Positions 18,577 to 28,949 of a stretch of DNA of 64,000 bases are shown here, one piece after another. How positions within the stretch are numbered: position 1 is the stretch's first letter; the number at the start of each line of letters is the position of its first letter. The notes below the pieces were generated by a model. It was given only the letters and a program-made list of their open reading frames with translations. It was not told where the DNA came from and did not search any database. This DNA comes from Verrucomicrobiota bacterium (GTDB taxonomy: Bacteria; Verrucomicrobiota; Verrucomicrobiia; Limisphaerales; UBA8199). The position numbers were made by a program, and so were the translations under genes. The stretch is taken from NCBI GenBank assembly GCA_039806935.1, contig JBDHQH010000002.1, forward strand, positions 33,872 to 97,871, in the 5' to 3' direction.

Positions 18577-18862
18577 CAATCGTGCTCGCGGATCACGCGG
18601 GCTGGCAGCTACTCGCTGCCTTGAACTTCGCTTTGTTGTTCGCAGGCGCCGCGCGGTCCGGGCACCTTGCTGCCCGCCAACTTGCGGCTGTAGTTTTGCC
18701 GGCATCGCAACCGGCGCCGTTTCGCCTCGGCGTCCGGTTTTGTGACTCGCAATCGAACCGCGGACTGGTCCGGCGCGCTTGAATTTCTCATCCGGCAAAT
18801 TCGTCTCGGCCCGGCCAGTGGACAACCGGGGAAAAAGCAGCGCCGAGTTCCGTCCGGCTAGC

Positions 18863-19786
18863 TCACAAGCGGAAGACCTTGCGCACGTACTCCCGGCTCA
18901 GGCGGTGGTTCTCCGCCATGGATCGGGTGACCGCAGTGCCAGGCTCGAAGGCGAGTTCCACGACGAAGCGCCGGGACAGCTTGTGTTTGCGCGCGTAGCG
19001 TGCAATGGCGGGATAGTCGATGTCTCCTTCCTCAAGGCTCTCCACCCAGACGCCTTTCCGGCTTTGCCGCAGGTGCCAGGTGACGATCCGCTCCCCGTAC
19101 TGCTGGAGCGCTTCCAGCGGCGGCAGGCCGCCCTTCCAAACCCAGTGTACGTCGTAGCAAAAGCCTACCCACTCGGGGCGGGTACGCTGAAAATTGGAAT
19201 GAAATTCCCTGGCCTGGCTCGCCATTTCCGGCAAATGTTGGTGGACACCCAATTGCAGTCCCAGGCGCCGCAGGCCTTTCCCCAGATCCGACAAGGATTC
19301 GGCCTGGGACTTGAGTTCTTCGTCTGTCTTCTCGCGTCCGATCGGGTCGGCATTGCAGTTGATGATTTCAAAGCCTGCTTTGGCGCACACCTCCGCCGCG
19401 GCAAGAATTTTCTCGATCCGGGCCTTCGCTTTCTCCCGCTCGTGCAATTGGGCGCCCACATACAGGCTGACCGGACGCAGGCCTTGGGCGCGGAGCTGAT
19501 CAGCGAAACGGGCGTTTTCCGCGGGCTGGTCCACATTCAAAAAATTTTCGAGATAGTCATAGCCGCAATCGCCCAAGGACTTGATGACGGCGGCCACCTC
19601 CAGCGGCTTCCGCTCCCGCGCGGCGGATTGCATCCAGCCGTAGATGTTGGAACCGACCAGTCCGCCGGATTTTGCTGCGCCAAGGGCCTGGGGGGGTAAG
19701 GAACCGAGCGTCGCCCCGGCGAGCAGGGCAGCCTGGCGGATGAATTGGCGGCGTGGAAATTTTCTGGAAAAAAGCGGGCTGGGCAT
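18863..19786 (-). CDS. Sugar phosphate isomerase/epimerase (xylose isomerase-like TIM barrel), Tat signal
   Basis: The signal SRKFPRRQFIRQAALLAGATLG is followed by a TIM-barrel-like body. Confidence 0.7.
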   Translation of the reverse strand: MPSPLFSRKFPRRQFIRQAALLAGATLGSLPPQALGAAKSGGLVGSNIYGWMQSAARERKPLEVAAVIKSLGDCGYDYLENFLNVDQPAENARFADQLRAQGLRPVSLYVGAQLHEREKAKARIEKILAAAEVCAKAGFEIINCNADPIGREKTDEELKSQAESLSDLGKGLRRLGLQLGVHQHLPEMASQAREFHSNFQRTRPEWVGFCYDVHWVWKGGLPPLEALQQYGERIVTWHLRQSRKGVWVESLEEGDIDYPAIARYARKHKLSRRFVVELAFEPGTAVTRSMAENHRLSREYVRKVFRL

Positions 19787-19806
19787 GGTGGTTCGTTTCC
19801 GCTGGG

Positions 19807-21234
19807 CTAAATGTTGGGCGGCACCAGGGCGCCCTGGCCATTGAAGTACGGGAAATGATCCCAGTGATCATCATCCCGGACCGCGCGGGGATCCGCGGTT
19901 TCCTTCATCCAGGCGTCCAGCCGCTGGCGCAATTCCCGCCGGGTTGTAGCATACGCGGGGTCGTCCGCGACGTTGTGCATTTGCTGGGGGTCGCGCCGCA
20001 GATCGTAGAGCTCCTCGGCCGGGCGCTTGCCGAAACAGAGCTCGAAACTCCGGCTAACGGACGGATCGGCACGGCGCGCCAGGATGTCGCGTTTGGTGGG
20101 GCCGTCGTCGCAATCGCCGAAGATGCGGGGTGGATCGGTCTCGATAGCCGGGGCGCCCGCCGGCCAGCGATCCGCTCGCAAATTGCGAATATAGAGGAAA
20201 CCGGGGGTGCGAATGGCGCGCATGGGATAGCTGGTGTTGCCCGGCCGCACGTAGGCGTGGCGCTCCCGTTCGAGAAACACCGTGTCGCGCAATCCGGATT
20301 TTTCCGCGCCTGTCAATAAACCGAAAAAGCTTTTGCCGGTCATGGCGGCGGGAGGTCGCAGGCCGGCGGCTTCGAGGAACGTCGGGGCGAGATCCATCAA
20401 GTTGATAAAGTCCTCGCTGACCTGGCCGGGTTTGATTTTCGCCGGCCAACAGGCCGCCAACGGCTGGCGGGTTCCGCCGTCGTAAAGGTTGGCCTTGCCG
20501 CGGGGGAAAGGCCAGCCGTTGTCGCCCGTCATCACCACCAAGGTGTTGGTCCGGCGGCCGTTTTCATCAAGCTGCCTCAAGAGTTCGCCGACCTCGCGGT
20601 CAAATCGCTCGACCTCGTGGTAATAATCGAGGATATCCGCCCGGGTGGTCGCCGTATCCGGCCAGTAGGGGGGCACCTTGATCTGCTCCGCTTTATCCGG
20701 ACGGGCGCCGGAACCTGGCTTGTAAGGGCGGTGGGGATCATGGCTGCCGAACCAGAAGCAGAACGGCTGGGAGGCGGGAACCGTCTTCAGAAACTCGGCG
20801 AAATTCGGGAAGGCCGGGCCCGCCGGGTTGCGCGTAAATCCGCCGGCCTGGAAATTGCCAGGAGCCCAACCCTTCCGGGTGCAGCCGACGGCGTAGCCCG
20901 CTTTCTCCAATAGATCCGGATAGACGGGGAAGTCGCTGGGCAAAAGCCCCCAGAGGCAACTGCCTTCCCGAAGCCGGTGGGGATATTGGCCAGTCAGCAT
21001 GGCAGCTCGCGAGGGAGTGCAGCTCGGGGCTGCGCTGAACGCGTGATGAAAGAGGATGCCCTCTCGGGCGAGGCGATCAAAAGTGGGCGTGCGAACCACC
21101 GCATCGCCATAAGCGCCCGCATGCGGCCAGGCCCAATCATCCGCCACACAATAGAGAATATTGGGGCGGCCTTCCGCACCATTCGCGGCCAGGGCAAGCG
21201 TCCAGGCGAAGATCCAACCGAGCCGGCTCTTCAT
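19807..21234 (-). CDS. Sulfatase (formylglycine-dependent)
   Basis: Signal peptide. NILYCVADDW...SCTPSRAAMLTG contains the C-x-P-x-R formylglycine motif. Confidence 0.9.
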   Translation of the reverse strand: MKSRLGWIFAWTLALAANGAEGRPNILYCVADDWAWPHAGAYGDAVVRTPTFDRLAREGILFHHAFSAAPSCTPSRAAMLTGQYPHRLREGSCLWGLLPSDFPVYPDLLEKAGYAVGCTRKGWAPGNFQAGGFTRNPAGPAFPNFAEFLKTVPASQPFCFWFGSHDPHRPYKPGSGARPDKAEQIKVPPYWPDTATTRADILDYYHEVERFDREVGELLRQLDENGRRTNTLVVMTGDNGWPFPRGKANLYDGGTRQPLAACWPAKIKPGQVSEDFINLMDLAPTFLEAAGLRPPAAMTGKSFFGLLTGAEKSGLRDTVFLERERHAYVRPGNTSYPMRAIRTPGFLYIRNLRADRWPAGAPAIETDPPRIFGDCDDGPTKRDILARRADPSVSRSFELCFGKRPAEELYDLRRDPQQMHNVADDPAYATTRRELRQRLDAWMKETADPRAVRDDDHWDHFPYFNGQGALVPPNI

Positions 21235-21321
21235 GATCCCAGTAAAGCAAACGACGCCAGAGAAGAAATCACTATTTTGGGGTTTTTTCCTCGTCTTGGC
21301 CCGTGGGTTATGTTTGTCTTC

Positions 21322-24306
21322 ATGGAGGACATGCGCTGGCGAAGCTTCACTTGGCTGCTGGTTGGCCTGGCCTGGCTGGCAAGGACGTCAGCGGCGGAGT
21401 TCGCCGCAGTCACCGAGCTGGCCAACATCTTGCCGGGCACGGATCAGGTTGGGGCGCTGGCTGCCGGCGAAACGTTCGCGCCCTTCCGCTCCTACGAGAC
21501 CAACACCGTGGCGCTCGCTGCCCAGACCTTTCTCACGCGGGGAGATCCGGAGCAGTGGCGTTTCTTTTCTTTTTCAAACTCGCTTCCCCTGAGCTATCTG
21601 GTATTTGCCACGTTTCCGGCCGGGCGCATCCCGCCCAAGGGGCCGCCTTTGAACTGCCCGGGTCTCGAACCGGAACCGGATTTGGATCTGTACGTCTCCA
21701 CGGATCCGGGGTTGACGAATCTGGAGGCTGGCGCTCTCGTCGAGGCCGGCCGGTCCACCAGCCGGGGTGGAACGGAATTGGTCCTTTTGACCAATGTCCA
21801 GCCCGGGCAATTTTACCTTGCGATCAAATGCGAGTCGCCGGAAGGGGCGGAGTTCGGCGTGCTGGCGTATGGACGCAACGCGCCCTTCACTACCGCGGAT
21901 CCCGAGGGGCCGCTGAATGCGGAAGGATTTGTGATCTCGCCCGAGGCCGCGCCCAGCGGGCAGGCCACGGTGGCGTATGCTTTCGCGGTCGTGCCGGAAC
22001 CGGGGCTGATCCGGCGGCTGGTCGTCTCGAACACGGTTTCCGGGACCGGGGAGGGATTGACGCTTTCCCTCGTCCATGGCCCGCGGTGTGTGGTGTTAAA
22101 GGATCGCACCGGGGTGGGTGAATGGATCCACGAAGCGCTGGTCTTTGACGATTCCCCGGAAGCGGATCTTTCATCCGCAGCGCGCGCAGACGGCCCTGGC
22201 TCGTTGCGCGATCTGGGGGGAAGGGAGGGGCAAGGTCTGTGGGTGGCGGCGTTATCGACGACCAACCTGCCAGCCCGGTTGGAGCGATTCAGTTTCCAGC
22301 TCCAACCCCAAGCGCCACTGGATGGCGCCACCGTCATCGTGCCAGCTCACGGGTGCAGGGAAGACTTTTTCAAAATCTCGCCGGAGAGCGCGGGTCTTCT
22401 GATGGACTTCTGGCTTTGCCCCGGCCCCGGCCCGGTGACAGTTCAGCTTTGCCGCCCCGGGTGGGCGGGGCAAAGCCAATGGTTGGGACTGGACGAGGCG
22501 CGCAGCCGAGGCGCGCTTGAGCTCAGTCCGTCCTCTTACCCGCCGTTGAATCCAGGCATCTGGTCGATTATACTGACCAACTCCGGAGCTGAAGACGGAC
22601 AGATCTCGCTCTCCATCTCGAGGCATCCGGGCGAGGCGGTGTTGCCATCCGTTGCCGTTCAAACGATGGCGCCGGCGGTAATTTCTGATAACGCGGTTTC
22701 CTCGGCAGTTCTCGAGGTGAGCCAAACCGGGACCGTGGCGTCGGCCCAAGTGGCGGTGCTCATCCATCATCCCCGACCGAACGATCTGGAGCTGCGTCTC
22801 GTCAGCCCCTCGGGCCGGAGTGGTCTCTTGTCGGCTCAACGCGGCGGCAGTGCCTCAGGTGGGCTGGGCTGCGATCTGCTGGTCACGAATCCAGTCCCCG
22901 TGTTCACGTCCGGCGGCCCTGAGGCTTCCACCAATCTCGTCGAAACCGGGCGGCCCTCCGGGACACTGCTCATCGATTACGATTTTCTCGGCGAAGCGGA
23001 CCGCATGACGATTTATCACGATGGCCGGTTGATTCTCGACACCGGCCCGGTCAGCGGCGCGGGACACACCAACGTGGATTATGGGCCGGGAGGCTCGACG
23101 GCGGTCTTGATCGTGATGAATGAAGGAGGCGCCGTGAGCGAAGATACGGTCTGGCTCTACACGGCGCGCTCCGTTTACACCATCCCAATTCCGCTGCGTT
23201 TCACCGACCAGCCGCTGCTCGCCGAGCCGGTCAAGTTCGCCGGCCCGCGTTTGACCAATATTACATGGTCCCTGGACGACGGGACGGCGCAGGGCATTTG
23301 TTATCTGCCGGAGCAGTCGCTGAGCGCCTTTCACGGTGAGCCGTCGGCGGGTTCCTGGCGCCTGGAGATTCAGGACACCCGCGCGGGTCCCGCGGGGGCT
23401 GCCCCGGCGCTGGCCGCCGCGGAGTTGAGCTTGTGCCTGGAGCGGGCGAATCCGGCGCCGTCGGTGGTGACGCTGACCAACTGGATCGCTTTCCAGCCGC
23501 AAGCGGTCCTGGCGCCCGGGGGGGTGAACTACTACCGTTTCGAGGTTCCGGAGGGGTCCGTTCGCGCCCAGTTTGAGGTTGAGCAACCCACCTCAGATCT
23601 GACTTTAGCCGTCCGGCGTGGGTTGCCTTTGCCGACGATTGAAAACTGGGATTACCTCAGCTCCAACGCGAGTTCTAACTCCGAGCTGACGGTAGTTTAT
23701 GATTTTTCGCGACCCGTGCCTCTGACCAGCGGGGAATGGTATCTGGCGGTGCTGAATGAATCCGCCTCGCCGGCCCTTTACAGCGTCAGGGCCGGAGTTG
23801 GTGTCGAGTACGGGACGAACACGGAAATCGTCGATCTCGAGATCGTCAACTCGAATTTATGCCTCACTTGGGCCTCGCTGCCGGGGGCGCATTATTACGT
23901 GCTGGGACGAGCGGATGGTGAGGTCGGCGATTGGCTTCCCATTAGCGCGGAGATCATCGCCGAGGGGCTGACGACTCGGTGGTGCGGTCCGCTCAGCGGC
24001 GGCTCAGGCTTTTTCCGCGTAGTCGAGGGGCTGTTGCTTTTTCCGCCGCCGTTGATGATCACCAGGGTGGGGGAGACAGAGAACGGGCCGCAACTGGCGT
24101 GGAACGCGCCCGCCAACACCCGTTTTCGAGTCGAGTGGTCGCCGAGTCTGGAAGCTCCGCGCTGGCAAACTTTTACCAACCCCATTCCGAGCACGGGCAC
24201 AAATTATTTGTTTCTGGATGACGGCCTGGGCGCCGGCGGTTTCGAGGCGCAACGGTTTTATCGCCTTCGCTGGCTCCCGGGACCGGCGGCGCTGGACGCG
24301 CGTTGA
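21322..24306 (+). CDS. Large secreted protein with PPC-like and proprotein-convertase P-domain-like modules and two C-terminal ...FYR beta-sandwich modules; no protease domain seen
   Basis: Signal MRWRSFTWLLVGLAWLARTSAAE. P-domain-like VSSAVLEVSQTGTVASAQVAVLIHHPRPNDLELRLVSPSGRS...GSWRLEIQDTRAG. PPC-like YYRFEVPEG...GEWYLAVLN. The track ORF start at 20977 overlaps the sulfatase gene, so it is unlikely; candidate ATGs are 21310, 21322 and 21331. Confidence 0.8.
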   Translation: MEDMRWRSFTWLLVGLAWLARTSAAEFAAVTELANILPGTDQVGALAAGETFAPFRSYETNTVALAAQTFLTRGDPEQWRFFSFSNSLPLSYLVFATFPAGRIPPKGPPLNCPGLEPEPDLDLYVSTDPGLTNLEAGALVEAGRSTSRGGTELVLLTNVQPGQFYLAIKCESPEGAEFGVLAYGRNAPFTTADPEGPLNAEGFVISPEAAPSGQATVAYAFAVVPEPGLIRRLVVSNTVSGTGEGLTLSLVHGPRCVVLKDRTGVGEWIHEALVFDDSPEADLSSAARADGPGSLRDLGGREGQGLWVAALSTTNLPARLERFSFQLQPQAPLDGATVIVPAHGCREDFFKISPESAGLLMDFWLCPGPGPVTVQLCRPGWAGQSQWLGLDEARSRGALELSPSSYPPLNPGIWSIILTNSGAEDGQISLSISRHPGEAVLPSVAVQTMAPAVISDNAVSSAVLEVSQTGTVASAQVAVLIHHPRPNDLELRLVSPSGRSGLLSAQRGGSASGGLGCDLLVTNPVPVFTSGGPEASTNLVETGRPSGTLLIDYDFLGEADRMTIYHDGRLILDTGPVSGAGHTNVDYGPGGSTAVLIVMNEGGAVSEDTVWLYTARSVYTIPIPLRFTDQPLLAEPVKFAGPRLTNITWSLDDGTAQGICYLPEQSLSAFHGEPSAGSWRLEIQDTRAGPAGAAPALAAAELSLCLERANPAPSVVTLTNWIAFQPQAVLAPGGVNYYRFEVPEGSVRAQFEVEQPTSDLTLAVRRGLPLPTIENWDYLSSNASSNSELTVVYDFSRPVPLTSGEWYLAVLNESASPALYSVRAGVGVEYGTNTEIVDLEIVNSNLCLTWASLPGAHYYVLGRADGEVGDWLPISAEIIAEGLTTRWCGPLSGGSGFFRVVEGLLLFPPPLMITRVGETENGPQLAWNAPANTRFRVEWSPSLEAPRWQTFTNPIPSTGTNYLFLDDGLGAGGFEAQRFYRLRWLPGPAALDAR

Positions 24307-24415
24307 TCGAATGTTTGCTGGGCAAACGAATCAGCCGCCTTCCGGGGTTATTTGCGCCGGATCGATTTAGGATTTACATTGGCGCCCATGGGAATTTTCC
24401 CGGGAGGGCACGATA

Positions 24416-25960
24416 ATGGGAACGGGCATGACGACGAAGGATCATCCGGAGCCGACGGTATTTATCATTTTTGGCGGTGGAGGCGATTTGACCTGGCGCA
24501 AATTGGTGCCGGCACTCTTCAGCCTCCATCTGGAGAAGAGCCTGCCGGAGCAGGTGGCCATTCTCGCAGTGGACGCGGCCGAACTTACGGATGCGGCGTT
24601 GCGTCACCGGTTGCACGACGGGGCGAAACAGTTTGGCCGCGCCCAAGGCTGGAAGGCTGCCGATTGGGCTGCTTTCGCCGAGGACATCCACTATTGTCAT
24701 GGGGATTTTAACAATCCCAAGACTTACGCGGCCTTGGCGAAGCGGTTGGAGGAAATCGACCGCGACTGGGGGAAGCGAGCCGAGCATATTTTTTATCTGG
24801 CCACGCCGCCCGCCTTTTTTGGGGTGATTCCCGATCGGCTGGGGGAGGCCGGATTGGCGCGGGAACGGGAACGCGCTCGAATTGTCATCGAAAAGCCGAT
24901 CGGCCGCGATCTGGAATCGGCGCGGGCGCTGAATGCTACCCTGGGCGGAAACTTTCATGAAACGCAAATTTTTCGCATCGACCATTACCTGGGCAAGGAG
25001 ACGGTGCGGAACATTCTGGCTTTTCGATTTGCCAACCCGCTGTTCGAGCCGATCTGGAATCGACGTTACGTAGATCATGTCGCCATTACGGTGGCCGAAG
25101 AGGTGGGCGTGGAACATCGCGGGAGTTATTACGAGCATGCCGGAGCCTTGCGGGACATGGTGCAGAATCACCTCCTCCAGTTGCTTTGCCTGGTTGCCAT
25201 GGAGCCCCCGGTCTCGTTTCAACCCGATGAAATTCGCAACCGCAAAGTCGATGTGCAGCACGCCATCCGTCCCATCCGCCATGAAGAGGTGCATGAAACC
25301 ACCGTGCGCGGGCAATACGGCGCTGGTTGGATTCGCGGCCAGCGCGTCCGAGCTTATCGCGAGGAGGTTGGCGTTTCCCACGACTCCATCACTCCCACTT
25401 TTGCCGCCATCAAGCTCTTCGTGGACAACTGGCGCTGGCAGGGAGTTCCTTTTTATCTGCGCACCGGCAAGCGCTTGGGCCGGCATGTGTCAGAAATCTC
25501 GATCCGCTTCCGCGCCGTGCCGCATCAAGCCTTTCCTCCCGAGGCCACCTTCAATTGGCAACCGGCGCGCCTGGTGATCTGCATCCAGCCGGATGAGGGC
25601 ATCGTGCTCAAGTTTCAAGCTAAGCAGCCGGGCCCCAAGATTCGCCTGCGGCCCGTGGACATGCGTTTCAGCTACCAGGAGTCATTCAAGGCCCCGTCAC
25701 CGGACGCGTACGAAACCCTGCTGTGGGACGTGATGGCTCGCGACACGACGCTGTTCATGCGCGTGGACCAGGTGGAGGCTGCCTGGTCGTTATTGGCGCC
25801 CGTGCTGGAAGTGTGGGCGGCCAGTTCACCGAATGATTTTCCCAATTATGCTTCGGGTTCCTGGGGGCCGGAGACCGCCGAGGGGCTCATTGCGCGGGAT
25901 GGCCGGACTTGGACCCTGCCGACCTTGTTGCATGAGCCTCCCATTGACGAGAAGATGTGA
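24416..25960 (+). CDS. zwf: Glucose-6-phosphate dehydrogenase
   Basis: FIIFGGGGDLTWRKL, RIDHYLGKE and the EKP motif region. 514 aa. Confidence 0.95.
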   Translation: MGTGMTTKDHPEPTVFIIFGGGGDLTWRKLVPALFSLHLEKSLPEQVAILAVDAAELTDAALRHRLHDGAKQFGRAQGWKAADWAAFAEDIHYCHGDFNNPKTYAALAKRLEEIDRDWGKRAEHIFYLATPPAFFGVIPDRLGEAGLARERERARIVIEKPIGRDLESARALNATLGGNFHETQIFRIDHYLGKETVRNILAFRFANPLFEPIWNRRYVDHVAITVAEEVGVEHRGSYYEHAGALRDMVQNHLLQLLCLVAMEPPVSFQPDEIRNRKVDVQHAIRPIRHEEVHETTVRGQYGAGWIRGQRVRAYREEVGVSHDSITPTFAAIKLFVDNWRWQGVPFYLRTGKRLGRHVSEISIRFRAVPHQAFPPEATFNWQPARLVICIQPDEGIVLKFQAKQPGPKIRLRPVDMRFSYQESFKAPSPDAYETLLWDVMARDTTLFMRVDQVEAAWSLLAPVLEVWAASSPNDFPNYASGSWGPETAEGLIARDGRTWTLPTLLHEPPIDEKM

Positions 25961-26556
25961 CTACCGCCCGAAGATCCCGGCGAACCGCCAAGCCGAAGTC
26001 CGCCCGATCAGGGCCGGTGATTTTCACGGTGGGGCATTCGACGCGCTCGATTGAGGATTTCATTCACCTGCTTCAGGCCCACGCGGTGACCCGGGTCGTG
26101 GACGTGCGAACCGTCCCACGCTCCCGGCATAACCCGCAGTTCAATCGCGAGTTTCTGCCGGAATCGTTGAAAACCGCCGGTATCGGCTACACTCACGATC
26201 CCGCCTTGGGGGGACTGCGACGCACCTCGAGCGCGTCGATCAACACTGGGTGGAGAAACAGTTCCTTTCGCGGATTCGCCGATTACATGCAAACGCCCGA
26301 GTTTGGGGCCGCCCTGACTGAGCTGATTGCGCTGGCGCAAAAGGATCAGCTCGCGCTGATGTGCGCCGAGGCGGTGCCCTGGCGCTGCCATCGTTCGCTG
26401 ATCGCTGACGCCCTGCTGGCGCGCGGCCTGCGCGCGGAACATATCATGAGCCCGACCAGTCGCCGCGCCCACACTCTGACGCCGTTTGCCCGGGTGCGGG
26501 GCGTCCAGGTAACCTATCCAGCCCCGGAACCCATCGCGCTTTCCTATGAACAATGA
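25957..26556 (+). CDS. DUF488 family protein
   Basis: The GTG start overlaps the zwf stop (GTGA). IFTVGHSTRS...VVDVRTVPRSRHNPQFN...MCAEAVPWRCHRSLIAD is the DUF488 pattern. Confidence 0.75.
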   Translation: MTTARRSRRTAKPKSARSGPVIFTVGHSTRSIEDFIHLLQAHAVTRVVDVRTVPRSRHNPQFNREFLPESLKTAGIGYTHDPALGGLRRTSSASINTGWRNSSFRGFADYMQTPEFGAALTELIALAQKDQLALMCAEAVPWRCHRSLIADALLARGLRAEHIMSPTSRRAHTLTPFARVRGVQVTYPAPEPIALSYEQ

Positions 26557-27283
26557 TTATTCTTACGCGCGTTGCCTCGCCTATCTGGACAACCAGAAGC
26601 GCCTTCAAGATCAACCGGCGGCAGTCCCTGGCCCCCCGCCTCCGGCGGTGGCTATATCCCGTCAGAGCGGTTCGGGCGCGATTATCATCGCCGACAAACT
26701 GGCGGAATACCTGAAGGCTCGCGGCCCCTCCAGCGATCGGCCCTGGACGGTTTTTGATAAAAATCTGCTGGCCAGGGTATTGGAGGACCATCACTTGCCC
26801 GCGCGGCTCCAAAAGTTTTTGCCAGAGGATAAAGTGAATGCCATCAGCGACACGGTGGATGAGATTTTAGGCCTGCATCCGCCCTCGTGGCTCATTGTCC
26901 GGCAATCCACGGAGACCATTCTGCGCCTCGCCGAGCTGGGCAATGTGATTCTCGTCGGACGGGGGGCCAACGCCATCACCAGCGGGCTGCCGAATGTTTT
27001 GCGCGTTCGGTTGATCGGATCGGTGGAACGACGCCTGGAACGGTTGCGGCAAAGGGAGAGCCTGGATCATGCGCGGGCACTGGAGCTGCTTCAACGCACC
27101 GACCGTGGGCGGGCCCGATACGTCCGAACCTACTTTCACCGAAACATCGCCGATCCGCTCCATTACGATCTGACGGTAAACACCGATCATCTGGCTGAAG
27201 AGGAGGTGGCGCGTTTGTTGGGGGAGGCGCTGCTGGCGCGCCTTGATTGGATTCGCCGCGAACCCGAGCGGCAGGTTGCCTGA
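26546..27283 (+). CDS. Cytidylate kinase-like family protein
   Basis: P-loop-like ISRQSGSGA...IADKLA, followed by GNVILVGRGAN and a C-terminal helical region. Confidence 0.55.
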   Translation: MNNDYSYARCLAYLDNQKRLQDQPAAVPGPPPPAVAISRQSGSGAIIIADKLAEYLKARGPSSDRPWTVFDKNLLARVLEDHHLPARLQKFLPEDKVNAISDTVDEILGLHPPSWLIVRQSTETILRLAELGNVILVGRGANAITSGLPNVLRVRLIGSVERRLERLRQRESLDHARALELLQRTDRGRARYVRTYFHRNIADPLHYDLTVNTDHLAEEEVARLLGEALLARLDWIRREPERQVA

Positions 27284-27285
27284 TT

Positions 27286-27945
27286 TCAGGAAGCGGGCGA
27301 AGCGCCCGCATGCCGGGAAAGCGCGGCCTCGAGCTCATCCGCCAGGCCGCCCACGGCCCGGCTCAACGCGTGGGCGAGAGCTCCATAATCCTCCCCGCTC
27401 CAAGCCGCGGATCTCGGCGAAAAGCGGCCTCGTTCAAGAACCCGGCCAGCCACGCTCAACCGCCAAATGGCGGCGAATTCCGCGGCGCCGCCGCCGGGCC
27501 CGCGCGCGCCCTGGCAGGCCAACACCCGAATGGAAATCACCAAGGCTGGCGGTGAACCCTGCGGAATGGGGCTCGTCACCACCTCCGGTCTGCCCGGAAG
27601 AGCGCGCAAGTTCTCGGCCAGGACGCGACGCAGGCCATCGCTCAACGGTTCCGCCCATTGATGGAATTCAGCGAACCTTACCTCATTGGTTCCGGTGCGT
27701 ACCACCATCTTTCGGGTATTGAGGAATTCCGCGAGTTCGATGGGCTCCAGCCGCACTCGCATGCCGCGCCGGGAGACCGCTCCTGCCGGGTGGGCGGCGA
27801 TTGGGGTGAGAAAATAATAGCGCCCAGTGCTGCGGACCGGTTGGAAGGGCGCGCAGCCGTCGCCCAGCAATAAAATCGCCGTGAGCAACCCTACGAGCGA
27901 GCGGGCGCCGGACCAGAGAAAAAGCTGAGTTTTCATGAAGGTCAT
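27286..27945 (-). CDS. ABC-transport auxiliary lipoprotein (PqiC/YmbA, DUF330-like)
   Basis: Signal with Cys (LLLGDGC). It is the last gene of the MlaE-MlaF-MCE operon, and its 4-nt start overlaps the MCE gene stop. Confidence 0.6.
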   Translation of the reverse strand: MTFMKTQLFLWSGARSLVGLLTAILLLGDGCAPFQPVRSTGRYYFLTPIAAHPAGAVSRRGMRVRLEPIELAEFLNTRKMVVRTGTNEVRFAEFHQWAEPLSDGLRRVLAENLRALPGRPEVVTSPIPQGSPPALVISIRVLACQGARGPGGGAAEFAAIWRLSVAGRVLERGRFSPRSAAWSGEDYGALAHALSRAVGGLADELEAALSRHAGASPAS

Positions 27946-28949
27946 TGTGCTGAGGGCGGCTGCTGCCGTCCGCTGAGCAGCGCCTTGGGATGGCGCTCCA
28001 GATAATCAGCCAGGCTTTCGATCGTCCGCGCGGTCCGAGTGAGTTGTTGCACCAGGTCCCGAGTGTCCTCGCCCAATTGGTTGCGCAACGCGAGAAAATC
28101 CCGCACTTCCAAAGCGGTCTGGTTCACCGAGCTGAGAGCGATTTTCCCTTGCGCCACGGTCGTTTCAAATTGTCCGCTCAAAGGAACCACCTGCGCGTTC
28201 AAATTGGTTAACAGACCGTCCAGGGACACGGCGGCGCCTTCTATTCCAGCAATGGCCGATTGCAAATTCGTCGAGGCGGCCAGTCGTTCGATCGAACCAG
28301 CGGCGGCCGAGAGGTGATCGGTCAGCCGGTTGGTTTGGAGCTGGCTGACCTGCCGGTCCACCTTTGCGATCACCTCGCCGACCTGGCGGCCGATTCCCGC
28401 CAGATCCAACTGGCGAAGCTCGTCCAAAATCCGCGAGCCCGCTTTGGTGAGCTCGGCCATGGTCGAAGGGACGGTCGGCACGACGGGGTAGGGGGAGGCT
28501 GGCAGATTCGTGGCGGGCGGATGCTCGCGCGGGTTGTAAAAGTCCAGTTCCACAAATTTTGATCCCACGATGCCGGCGGTTTGAATTTGCGCCCGCAACC
28601 CCTCCGTGACCAACTGGGAAATTACCCGATCATCGTTCAGGTGAATCGGTTTGCCGTCCGGGGTCGAGACGCGGCCGCGGCTTACCTGGCAAAGCGCGCG
28701 CACCAGGGATTCATGGCTTCGGCGATCGTAGAGGACGCCGACCTCGACAATCTGGCCAACCCGGACTCCATTGAGGCTGACCGTGGTGCCCTTGTCCAGG
28801 CCCTGGGCCGAGCCGGACAGATAAAACACGAAGTGACCGGAGGGCCGGAACCCATTGCCGGACGCCAGGGTCAGCAAGGCAATCACCGCTAAAATGAGGG
28901 CGCCCAGAATGAAAGCGCCCAGCAGCAGAGGGTTGAGCCGCACTCTCAT
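27942..28949 (-). CDS. MCE/MlaD family substrate-binding protein
   Basis: N-terminal TM helix, an MCE-domain pattern (VSLNGVRVGQIVEV), and a C-terminal helical extension. Confidence 0.8.
   Translation of the reverse strand: MRVRLNPLLLGAFILGALILAVIALLTLASGNGFRPSGHFVFYLSGSAQGLDKGTTVSLNGVRVGQIVEVGVLYDRRSHESLVRALCQVSRGRVSTPDGKPIHLNDDRVISQLVTEGLRAQIQTAGIVGSKFVELDFYNPREHPPATNLPASPYPVVPTVPSTMAELTKAGSRILDELRQLDLAGIGRQVGEVIAKVDRQVSQLQTNRLTDHLSAAAGSIERLAASTNLQSAIAGIEGAAVSLDGLLTNLNAQVVPLSGQFETTVAQGKIALSSVNQTALEVRDFLALRNQLGEDTRDLVQQLTRTARTIESLADYLERHPKALLSGRQQPPSAQ

Noticed and set aside
18609-18791. 60-aa basic minus ORF between the convergent PAP2 and TIM-barrel genes
   Set aside because: It is short with no recognisable family and could be chance in GC-rich DNA. 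It is not excluded, only unsupported.
17650-18825. 391-aa minus ORF
   Set aside because: It is antisense to the glnA 3' end and the PAP2 gene, with R/A/G/P-rich composition.
20977-21309. N-terminal 111 codons of the 1109-aa ORF
   Set aside because: They overlap the 5' end of the divergent sulfatase gene. A good signal peptide begins at 21322-21331.
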